A DNA stretch of 64,000 nt, taken from the NCBI GenBank assembly GCA_008632985.1, contig QPGO01000177.1, positions 1 through 64,000 of the forward strand. Reading direction: 5' to 3'. This document shows, piece after piece, positions 12,394 through 23,101 of this stretch. A program made the translations under genes and the position numbers. The notes under the pieces were generated by a model. The model saw nothing but the letters and a program-made list of their open reading frames with translations, was not told the DNA's origin and ran no database searches. Source of the stretch: Psammoneis japonica (Eukaryota). How positions within the stretch are numbered: position 1 is the first letter of the stretch; every line of letters begins with the position of its first letter.

Positions 12394-15300
12394 GTGGGGG
12401 AGGAGGTGCCGCCGGGTGAAAAGAAAGGGCTCGCCATTCACGGGCGGAAAGTTTTTTCCTTCCACGGGTCTTGCTTGATTGTTTGCACTGGCCCCCCCAT
12501 TTGGCTCTTGTCTCTGAGGTGCTCCGAATGGTCCCGTGTCGTTTTGTGTTGCGACAATGAAGTCCCAACTCTGTTGGAGAGTGTTGTCATAAATCTGTTT
12601 GAAACCCAACCGGGTGCTTCCCTCCAGCGCATCTCATCGACCTGCATTGCCGAGGCGTCCAAATCTAGCGACGTTGTGCTAGTCTCTGGGGACCCAGCGT
12701 TTTTGGAGCGGATCTCGCGTTTGGACTGCGAGTCCCCCATGTACTTGGCCCCAGTCGGACGTTTTTCGAGACGAAGCTTGAAGGGCTTACAACACCTGCC
12801 GGGCACTGCCCTCACCCACACGGGGGTTGGTGGCGTCACAACCTTTCGGACGTCTCTGTTCAGCGTTGGTGCCTCACTCCCTGCCTCTGTTCGTGGGTTG
12901 GACCGCACCATTGGGCATGTCATTGACTGCAAGCTGGAGGGACCGGCTGGTTCCCCAGATCCTTTGGATGCAGTCTACAAGGAAGGTGATTGCTTGAGCC
13001 CTCAATTCCCCCACCGGCCTGTGTTGCACCAATCTCATCGATCTCGCACGGGGTGGATTTTAAGGAGTTTGAGCGCGGATGAACTCCTGGCCGCTTGGGA
13101 CTTCCCTCTCCGATTTCGGACCCAACATCTTTCACCTCTGGCATCTGGGGAGACTTTGAGGCTGTTGATCCCGCTCAATCTTCTCACTGCGGTGACGGAC
13201 CATTTCATTGTGCAACGCTCTCGGGGTGCGTCGGAAATCCCAGCACCGGTCCCGGCTCACAGGTCGGGCTCGGTTCGTGCGCCGGCAACTGCCACTTGGT
13301 TGCCGGGCTTGGGCAGATGCCCATCTCATGAGTGGATTGATCTGACTCTTGTTGCTGCCAAGGCGGCAAAAGGTGACTCTGCACTGCCACCATTTCGACA
13401 AGCGCACAACTCTTTTGTTTCCCACGTTTGGGCCTGCCCTCCCAGCTCTGCGAGATCTCGCTCTTCGTTGGTGGCGGCGGCGATTAACACGCTCCTTCTT
13501 GGCACATTTACGGCGGACTCATGGCCTTGATTGGCCCTCTCGGCTGGGGAACTGGCGGCGGCAGTTTGGGGACTCCTTGTCGAGTCATCGGGGGGGGGGG
13601 GGGTTGTGCCGCGATCCACCGCTCCCATCCTCATTGTTGGACGGGCACCTTGGTGCCAACGTTCTCTCTCAGACTCTGGCAAGTTCTTGGTGGACCTGGG
13701 ACCGGGGGTCGTCTCTTTTCTTTTGGCGTTGGCCCTCGCCCGAGCGATGCCAGGCGGCCCGGGATGGGCTCCCCACATTTGTCCGGGGCACCCTCCCCCG
13801 GAACCGCAAGCGGCAGCGCGTTCGTGGCTCGACCGTTGAGGTTCAGCGCATGGCAACCAAGATTCAGAAGGTCCGGGACCATGGCTGCATAGAAATTGGC
13901 CCAGTGACAAGCCTCACTGATTGCTTCTGGGTGCCCAAGACTGTGTCCCTGATCCCAAGTGGGGACGGAAGGATGGAGGAAGTGATCGAAGACATTAGAG
14001 TGGTGTGCAACGGCACCTCTTCTGGTCTCAATGACGCTCCATGGGCCCCCTCCTTTTTCCTTCCCACTGCGGCGTCGGTGCTTGGCTGCATGGCTGTCTC
14101 TACATTTTCCATTGACTTGGATCTCGGGGACATGTTCTTAAATTTTTTTTGTGGATCCCCAAATTTGTCCGCATGCCGGGATCGACTTGTCACCGCTTCG
14201 AGCTCATCTCCCACGTCCGACGGGGAACGCATCTCCAGTCGGCGTGGAACGGTGGAACAGACTTTTTATGGGGATGAAGCCCAGCCCTTGTGACGCGGTG
14301 CGAACACACTGCTGGGCGGACGAAGTGGCGTGTGGCGACCCCAACCGCCCTGGAAATCCAATGGGGTTCGACAAAGTCTTGCTCAACCTGCCAGGAGACC
14401 CAAATTACAGAGTTCAGGACCCCTTCGTAATCAAATGGAACTCTGTTTCAAGGGCCATTGCCGGCGACATCAAAACCTTCGTCGACGACTTGAGAGGCAT
14501 GGGACCCAGTGAAGAGGCGGCTTGGCAAGTGGCCCATCAAATGGCGTCCTGCCTTCAACACCTCGGGCTCCAGAACGCCCCTCGTAAGGTCCGCCCACCT
14601 TCGCAGCGAGAGACTGGTGCCTGGGCGGGGGCAATCTTTCACGTCCTTGGCCCGAATGTCACTCAATCACTTTCTCAAGCCAAGTGGGACAAGGCCAAGG
14701 GCATCATCGAGTCCCTCCTGGGGCACTACGACGGGGTGGACGAATTGGCCCTCCTGGAATTTGAGTTCAAGGACCTCGAGAGGAAGCGTGGTTTTCTAGT
14801 TCATGCGGCCATGACCTGCCCTTTCCCAACCCCCTTCCTCAAAGGGATCCACTTAACCTTGGACAGTTGGCGTCCCAACCGGAAGGAGGACGGGTGGGCC
14901 ATGTCTGACAAGGAATGCGCATCATGGATTCATCATGAAGCGGCGAAGCTTGATGTCGATCCATGCGACATCGCCGAGACCCTTCGTGGTGGCCAGCACC
15001 CTGAGTCTGTTCGGGGAGCACCACGTTTAGCTTCAGATTTGAAAGCACTGCAACGAATTCTCGAGCCCGAAAAACCAACAGCAAGGATTGTCCGATCGTC
15101 TAAGGTGGCGGTGGTCCTGCATGGTTTTGGCGACGCGTCTGGCAAAGGTCTGGGATCCTCGGTCCAGACCAGGGACGGTGCAATCCTGTTCCGGATTGGC
15201 GTCTGGGGTGATGACGACCAGTCAAACTCGTCGAACTGGAAAGAGCTGTCAAACACAATTGATGCGATCCAGGAACTGGCCGAAGCGGGCGAACTCGAAG

Positions 15301-16160
15301 GAGCCACCCCACATTTTTTCACTGACAACTCAGTCTCAGAAATCGCCGTGTGTGAAGGAACCTCATCTAACCCAAAGCTCCTGCAACAGGTGATTCGGAT
15401 GAGGGTGCTCGAAGCCAAGCACGGCTTCATTCTGCACCTCATCCATGTGTCGGGCAAACGGATGACAGCCCAGGGCACAGATGGTGCATCACGAGGTGTG
15501 CCAACAGAAGGGGTTGTGAATGGGGCCAGCATGCTCTCCTTCGTTCCTCTTCACCTTGCCGCAACCGAGCGAGCCCCCTTGCTGTTAGAGTGGATACGTT
15601 CCTGGACGGGAGCGCCCACGGCAGAACTGCTCTCGCCCCTCAACTGGTGCCAGAAGGGACATGATGTATCTGGGTGGACCTGCCCGCCTTACGAAGCAGT
15701 CGAGATGCCCGAGTTCAGGTCGGGGACTTGGGTGTGGGCTCCTCCCCCAGCCGTGGCGAGGACAGCACTCGAGGAACTAAGAATTGCCCGGCTCAAGCAT
15801 CAGAGCTCATTTCACATCTTTGTGTGTCCCCGCCTCATGACCCCCGAGTGGCAAAAGCAATTGCACAAGGCAGCAGACCTTGTGTTTCCGGTGCCAGCTG
15901 GAGCAGGGCCCTTTTGGCCTGACGACATGTTCGAACCCCTTCTCATCGGTCTTGTTTTTCCCTTCATCTCACACAGTCCGTGGCAGCTCCGAGGAACCCC
16001 TGAGATGTGCTCTATGGACCGGACGCTGCGAAGAGTGTGGGAGGATGTTGAAGTGGACTCGCGGACTGTTTTGCGCAAAATTTTGTGCACAGTGTCGGGG
16101 ACTGGCCCGCGTGCCGCAAGGCTTGGTGTCCCGGGTGTTGTGCTTCGAGCGCAAGCGTGA
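12394..16160 (+). pseudogene. pol of the YR retrotransposon: N-terminal extra domain, RT, RNaseH, C-terminal methylase-like remnant; frameshifts at ~13400 and ~14150
   Basis: DLDLGDMFLNF, MGMKPSP, FVDD (RT); FGDASG, SSNWKEL, FTDN, HVSGKRM..QGTDG.SRG (RNaseH); WVWAPPP after RNaseH. Confidence 0.9.
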
Positions 16161-17545
16161 CCTTCCATCCAGGCGGGATTCTTCAACCCGACCAACAAAA
16201 CGACGAAGAAGCGCAGGCCGTTGAGGGTGCCGCCCGAATCGAGGACAACACATGGTTTCGGAAGCCCCAGGACGAATGCAAGTTCACCCGTGCGCGAACG
16301 GGAGACCATCTGATGGCAGCCTTCGAGTGCGATCATTGCATCTTTCATAAGTTGCATCACAGAGACCCGGGAACCTCTTCTCCATGCGACGAGATGGCAC
16401 TGGCGTGCATCAGACGAGATAACTTGGACGCGCTCTGGAGCAGAGAAAGCTCTTCGGTGGAAAACAACGCCTCCAAGGTGGGGCGGGGATTGGCTCTGTC
16501 GGAACGGTTGGGGCTTCACGGCCCCCACCTAGAACCAGGCCCTCTCCCTCCACATGACCATTGTGGTTGCGAGGTGGCAATGCAGATCGTCTTGGCCTCG
16601 ACCTCTCCGGGACGGCACTCGGAGTCCCACACACAGTTCGACACAATCAGGAAGCTCCGGACTGCATGCTCCAACCAGGTGAGGGCATCAGCGTCCGCTA
16701 ACTCACGAGCTCTTGCCTTAGCAGATCTCGAGGGGAAGCAACACCTCCGGATGTGCGAGGATCCGTGTGCCTCTTTGTGGTTTCAGAGGTTCATGACGGG
16801 ATGCAAGAGGCGAATGGGTCAGGACTGGAGACCCGACAGGGCCATTTCAGCCCAGATCATGCAACACCTCCTTCCAAGGATCGAAGAAAAATTTCTCCGA
16901 GCCACAACCGTTGGGGACCGGTTCAAACACTTGACTGGTGGGTTCTACTTTGCAGCAAGCTTCACGCTCTCCCTCCGAGGTCCCGAAGGGCTGCTTGTTG
17001 ATCTGGGGGCTCTGAGGGAGCACCTCCCTCGCCACGCTTTGCACGTGGTGATCCCATTGCTTGGTCGAGTTAAGGGAGAACACGGGGAGCGGCAGCACCT
17101 GCTGCCAAGTGTGAATGTCACTGGATCCGGCATCCGGATCCGCGAGTGGGCCCAATCGGTCGCATCGTTGCATGCTTCAAGAGGACGCACCCAAGGACCC
17201 GCCATGTCTGATGCTGAGGGCAAGGTAATTCCCACCAGGGACCTAAACTCCCTCCTTCACCTTGTTTTGTCAGAGCTGTTCGACGACCACCCGGCTTTGT
17301 TTGGAACTGACATCACCTCCCATGACGACATCGAGGATAAGTGCGACGTGTGCAGGTCATTTAGACGGGGGTCCGATTCCCGAGCCATTTCTTGAAACGT
17401 GTCAGAAGATGACACAGACGTGGTGAATCGATGGAAGAAGAAGGAATGAGCTGGTGCGGCGAGACCTGCACACAAGATGAGACAGCACTGTGCTGACACA
17501 TCACTGCTGCTCCCTTCTTTCTTGAGATGCACACAGGAAATGTGA
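16085..17545 (+). pseudogene. Tyrosine recombinase of the YR retrotransposon
   Basis: LSLRGPEG, GRVKGE, RSFRRG motifs; frame continues through TGA at 17393 and 17447 (likely CGA>TGA) to MRQHCAD and a stop at 17543-17545. Confidence 0.88.
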
Positions 17546-17630
17546 GTCGACACCATCAACTCGATTCCGACTGCTCAAGTTTCAAGACCTTTTCTTCAGG
17601 TGGCCACTGCCGGGGAGTTCTCATCGGGGG

Positions 17631-18072
17631 GGATTTGTGCTCAACTTTGCTGGCGCGACCACGGGAGTCTACCGGCAAAGTCTAGAAGGGCACCTGCCAC
17701 GACCTGCTCATGATGACGCGTGACTGCGAATGCAAGAAAACAGCGTCTGGCGTTGCCTGCGGTCCCGGTTTGAAACTCACCTTGTGCAAGGCACCGATGT
17801 TGCAAAATGCCGAAGGCACCTTGGTCTAGGTTCAGCTGGGAGCGCCCTGAGTGGATCCCAGCAGGCCCCATTCGTGAGCCCTCGAGTTCAGACTCGAGAC
17901 CCTGCGGAGGGTGTGGGTTCACCCAACCCCCCTTGTGCGGAGCAGAGCATTGCCGAAAGCTCTGCTCTGTGAGACTCCCAAGTGCACTGATGCCAAGTTT
18001 CTTCTTGGTGGTTCTTGGCGCGGCAGTCCAGGACTGTGCCAGATTGGAATTGGCGGCGCACAATGTCGAATC
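17631..18072 (+). repeat. Split direct repeat B1
   Basis: Near-identical to 18330-18772. Confidence 0.95.
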
Positions 18073-18310
18073 CTCCTCGCACCCAAGTTTAGATGGAGAC
18101 GTGCCATGCGATGCAAGACTCCCCAACTGACAAGACCTTAGACTTGTGCCCTCTCCAGGAGCGGGTGCTCCTGGACCAAGATGCCTGGTCATTGTGACAC
18201 CAGTCAAACTCATCGGTTTTCTTCTTGTCACTTTTCCATTCTTTGTTGAGACAGGAACCCTGATCAACGTGACTGGATCATGCCAAAGCAGTGGAAAAGC
18301 TTCTTTTTGC
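18073..18310 (+). repeat. Split direct repeat A2
   Basis: Near-identical to 9661-9896; abuts B1. Confidence 0.95.
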
Positions 18311-18329
18311 AACCCACCCACCACTCCCT

Positions 18330-18772
18330 GGATTTGTGCTCAACTTTGCTGGTGCGACCACGGGAGTCTACCGGCAAAGTCTAGAAGGGCACCTGCCACG
18401 ACCTGCTCATGATGACGCGCGACTGCGAATGCAAGAAAACAGCGTCTGGCGTTGCCTGCGGTCCCGGTTTGAAACTCACCTTGTGCAAGGCACCGACGTT
18501 GCGAAATGCCGAAGGCACCTTGGTCTAGGTTCAGCCGGGAGCACCCTGAGTGGATCCTGGCAGGCCCCATTCGCGAGCCCTCGAGTTCAGACTCGAGACC
18601 CTGCGGAGGGCATGGGTTTGCCCAACCCCCCTTGTGCGGAGCAGAGCATTGCCGAAAGCTCTACTCCACGAGACTCCTGAGCATGCCAACACCAAGTTTC
18701 TTCTTAGTGGTTCTTGGCGCGGCAGTCTAGGACTGTGCCAGATTGGAATTGGCGGCGCACAATGTCGAATCC
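18330..18772 (+). repeat. Split direct repeat B2
   Basis: Near-identical to 17631-18072. Confidence 0.95.
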
Positions 18773-19007
18773 ATCATTTTTTACTTAGCCAGTTACATTC
18801 TTCAGACATTGAAGAATGTAACTGGCGCATCATTGTTTCTATAAATTTGTCACATAAAACGTCTGGGGCTTCGCAAAACAGCGAGTCTGGACAATTTTTT
18901 TTAAATATCACACGTAGAAATCTACGTACGAAACATACGACGGATGATAAAAATTATTGTTGTCACACGTCAGTGCTACGAGCTCCCACCTAGGGCTGGA
19001 ACGCGTC

Positions 19008-20892
19008 TGCTGTTGATCTCACAATCATGTGCGTGGAAGCAATCAAGATTGACAACAGAGCGGGGGCAGACTTTTTTGGTTCAAAGCTGTTGAAAAGGAG
19101 GAGGTGTGCAATGTCATGCCTGCATTTGAGTTCCAAGATGATGATGTTGTGCCGGTCGGGTGCAAACACATCAGTTGTCACACGGCATTTGACACTGAAA
19201 GCACCCTCCAGTGCAAAGCAAGGTTTGTGGCTGGAGGCCATCAGACTGATCCACCCAAGGAATTGACCTGTTCCAGTGTGGTGTCACATGACAGTGCAAG
19301 GACAGCCTTTGCTGTTGCAGCTCTGAATGACCTGGAGGTCTTGAGCACAGATGTTCAGAGTGCTCACATCTGAGTGCACACACTGAGGAGAAGTGTCGTT
19401 CTGCTGCTGGGCTGGAGTTTGGCGCAAGCAGGACCAAGGGAGGCCAGCTGTTGTTGTCTGAGCCTTGCATCTCTTAAATTGTCAGGTGCACAATTTGGGG
19501 AGCACATGGCTGCAACTTTGCATGACACTGGATTTGAGTCATGCAAAGCTGATCCAGATGTCTGGATGAGAACAGCAGTCAAGCCTGACAGCTTCAAGTG
19601 CTGGGAACGTGCACTTGTCCATGTGGATGATTTCTTGATGTGCATCTCCCATGGCCCTCAGAAAGGCATGGACTGTGTGAGCTCCATGTCTGGGCACACA
19701 TTGAAGGATGGAAGTGTCTGCAAACCAGAAGAGTGCCCAGGAGCACAAATCAGAAAGTGTCAGCTGTCTGATGTGGAAGGCAAGATGTGCTTGGTTGTGT
19801 CCTCTGACTTGTGTGTCAAAGCAGAGCCTGAGAAAAGTGACTGGCACATTCCAACAAAGGTGTCGACACCCTTGCACCTGGGGCACTGGCCTGAACTGGA
19901 CAGTTCACAGGAATTGAGGGCCAAAATGGCAAATTGTTTCCAAGGCCATTGTTGCTGTTGATCTCACAATCATGTGCGTGGAAGCAATCAAGATTGACAA
20001 CAGAGTGGGGGCAGACTTTTTTGGTTCAAAGCTGTTGAAAAGGAGGAGGTGCACAATGTTGTGCCTGCATTTGAGTTCCAAGATGATGTTGTGCCAGTCG
20101 GGTGCAAACACATCAGTTGTCACATGGCATTTGACATTGAGAGCACCCTCCAGTGCAAAGCAAGGTTTGTGGCTGGAGGCCATCAGACTGATCCACCCAA
20201 GGAATTGACCTGTTCCAGTGTGGTGTCACATGACAGTGCAAGGACAGCCTTTGCTGTTGCAGCTCTGAATGACCTGGAGGTCTTGAGCACAGATGTTCAG
20301 AGTGCTCACATCTGAGTGCACACACTGAGGAGAAGTGTTGTTCTGCTGCTGGGCTGGAGTTTGGCAAGCAGGACCTGACCAAGGGAGGCCAGCTGTTGTT
20401 GTCTGAGCCTTGCATCTCTTAAATTGTCAGGTGCACAATTTGGGGAGCACATGACTGCAACTTTGCATGACACTGGATTTGAGTCATGCAAAGCTGATCC
20501 AGATGTCTGGATGAGAACAGCAGTCAAGCCTGACAGCTTCAAGTGCTGGGAACGTGCACTTGTCCATGTGGATGATTTCTTGATGTGCATCTCCTGTGGC
20601 CCTCAGAAAGGCATGGACTGTGTGAGCTCCACGTCTGGGCACACATTGAAGGATGGAAGTGTCTGCAAACCAGAAGAGCGCCCAGGAGCACAAATCAGAA
20701 AGTGCCAGCTGTCTGATGTGGAAGGCAAGACATGCTGGGTTGTGTCCTCTGGCTTGTGTGTCAAAGCAGAGCCTGAGAAAACTGACTGGCACATTCCAAC
20801 AAAGGTGTCGACACCCTTGCACCTGGGGCACTGGCCTGAACTGGACAGTTCACAGGAATTGAGGGCCAAAATGGCAAATTATTTCCAAGGCC
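19008..20892 (+). repeat. ~940 bp tandem duplication of the RT segment (19008-19947 / 19953-20892)
   Basis: Both copies begin TGCTGTTGATCTCACAATC and end TTTCCAAGGCC. Confidence 0.95.
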
Positions 20893-21711
20893 TCATGGGG
20901 TGCTCTGATGGGCAGTTGAGCTTTCTTTGATGAGACTTGGTTTGCAAAGTGTTGCCAGAGACATGTGTGAGTGGCATGACCACCACTTGCTTTGATGATG
21001 CCAATCATGATGGATGCAATGTGATGCACAGGTCCCACACTGGGATCCTGACATTCAACCAGCAAGTGCCCATCTTGTGCTGCTCCAAACAGCAGAATGC
21101 TGCAGAGTCATCTGCTTTGGGTCAGAGCTCATGGCAATGAAGACTGCCATGGAGCAGATTGAAGCCTTGCAATGCAAGCTTTGCATTCTGGGCATCCCTG
21201 TGGATGGGGCCACGAATGTCTTTTGCAACAAAATGAAACTGTCTTCAAGAGTTCAACTGGATTGGAGTCTAAGTTGAAGAAGAAGCACAGTGCAATTGCG
21301 TGCCACATGACCCACGAGGAACAGGCTGCAGGGATTGTGTACATTGCTTGTGCAGGAATTTGGCAGATGCACCAACTGAGTTGTTGCCTGGACCAAAGCT
21401 CCAGGAGACCACAAGTCACATCTTGTGGTGAGCCCCAAAAGGGGACAAACTGAGGGTTTGCCACCTGGACATGGCTTTTTCCCATCCCCAAACTGAACTT
21501 GTCCTGGAACAAGGTGGCATCAGGTTTACAATTGTCTGTCAATCTGACCTGAGTGGAGCCAGCATCAGTTCAAGGGGACTGAACAAATGCTGATGTGCTG
21601 TCACACATGATGTGAGCTGTTGTTTGCTGTTGGTGACAGGCCCACCATCGCTGACACAGCGGCCCCAGCAGCATGCATGACTCACAATCTAGAACCTGTT
21701 GATGCTGTTCA
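19008..21711 (+). mobile_element. 5'-truncated, heavily decayed Ty1/copia of a second family (RT duplicated, RNaseH, short 3' LTR)
   Basis: KARFVAGGH, TCSSVVS, ADPDVWMR, HVDD, DANH, SKQQNAAESS, LKKKHSAIACH; PPT AAGGGGA then TGAACA...TGTTCA (21580-21711) as candidate LTR. Confidence 0.88.
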
Positions 21712-22900
21712 ACACTCTTTTTTCTGTCCAATTCTCAGCTGTCATGGCAGCATTTGTTTGGGCTGCCGGCGCATGCAAAGAGCTGCCAGTCAGAGCGCAG
21801 CAGCACACTTGAGTGCACTGCTTGCTGCTCCTCTCTCTCAAGCATCTTTCAAGCCCCACCCAACCACACAATGCTGCCTCTCTGACTTTGTTGTGTTGCT
21901 GCCAAGACAAAAAATGTCTTGACAGAGATGTGTTTTCTTCAAGACTTGGTGCCTGCTGCCTGGCTCCCTTTGCTGTGTGACAGAGCAGCACAAATCACAA
22001 AGAACAAATCAACTGATTGATCTGCTGGCTCTGCACACAACAAAAAATTGTGCTCTGCTCATCTCAGCTTCCAATGGAATTCTTGAGCACAATGGGGGTG
22101 AGCTTTTGGAGATGCCTGAGCTTGCCTCCAGTGTTCTTTTTTTGCAACTGTCAAGATGGCGCAGTTGACAAAACATCAACACAATGGCTCAAAAAAGAGC
22201 AAGCTTGGCACCCTGTGGTCTTGTCACAGTGTTTTCACCCAAGCATCAGGAGGAGACATGCACAAAACTGTGCTCATTCTCAAAGAAGCTGCAAAGAGGC
22301 ACTTGTCAAATCAAGTGCTGCACAACCCTTCAAGTCAACCAACAACTCTGTTGCTGTGAACGACATGAGATGGTGGGGTTTGATGACCTGTGACTCCTGG
22401 CCCCTTGTTCTGCAGGTCTCTGATGAGCTCCTTACGGCACTTTCACAGGATGTGACATTGGCACCAGATGTGTTGTGACAAGCAGTGCTGAAGCTCCTCA
22501 TCACATCAATTTGCTGCATGGCTGCCACACCCACTTTCCATGAGATTGGTCGTCATGATTCCATGCATCAACCACTGCGTGTGTGGGTTTTCCATGTGCC
22601 CAGCACCACCAGGGTTGCCACACAGCACTCCCAAAGACTTCAGATGAGCAAAATGTGTGCCAGGGTTGCACCATGTGGTGGGTGGTGGGTGCCACAGCAA
22701 GGTTGCTGTGCATGATGGAAGACAACAGACTGCCATGGCAAGTGCGCTCTCTTTGTGCGACAGTGTCCACTTTGTTGACAGTTGAGCAGCAGCCACAGTG
22801 CCTGCAGATTGTCCACCAACCATGGGGCTTCAAAAGGACTGCAGCTGCATCTCAAATGTCATGGTGCACCGCATGACATCATTCTCACTTTTGTCATCAT
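21712..22900. other. TpA/CpG-depleted decayed sequence of unknown class
   Basis: Same composition as the adjacent TE relics; no recognisable domain. Confidence 0.45.
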
Positions 22901-23101
22901 TTCTTGTGCTTGCGTCTTTCTCAACATTCCCGTCCGTCCGTCCATTCTCGGCTGAACGTCCAGGTGGCAACACGCGCCCTACTCAATTCACGTAATTTCT
23001 ACGCAATGACTTACCTACGTAGATTCTTGTACAAACCGTATGCAGACAGATGTTCTGAATTTTTCTGAAAGACTTATGTACATTGCTTGCAACGCACTAC
23101 C

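Larger units (their letters stand above)
9661..18772 (+). mobile_element. Tyrosine-recombinase (DIRS-order, Ngaro/PAT-like) retrotransposon, structurally complete but mutated
   Basis: Split direct repeats A1-(gag, RT/RH, YR)-B1-A2-B2; RT, RNaseH and YR motifs recognisable. Confidence 0.93.

Noticed and set aside
1..22900. Dense overlapping Cys/His-rich ORFs in all six frames (also 45-46.3 kb and 57-64 kb)
   Set aside because: By-product of TpA loss removing TAA/TAG stops and of TG/CA excess; not real genes or metal-binding proteins
1..22900. Classical RIP or CpG decay as the sole explanation
   Set aside because: C>T changes cannot turn Tyr codons into Cys/His, and RIP would enrich TpA; CpG decay explains only the Arg>His/Gln/Cys/stop changes
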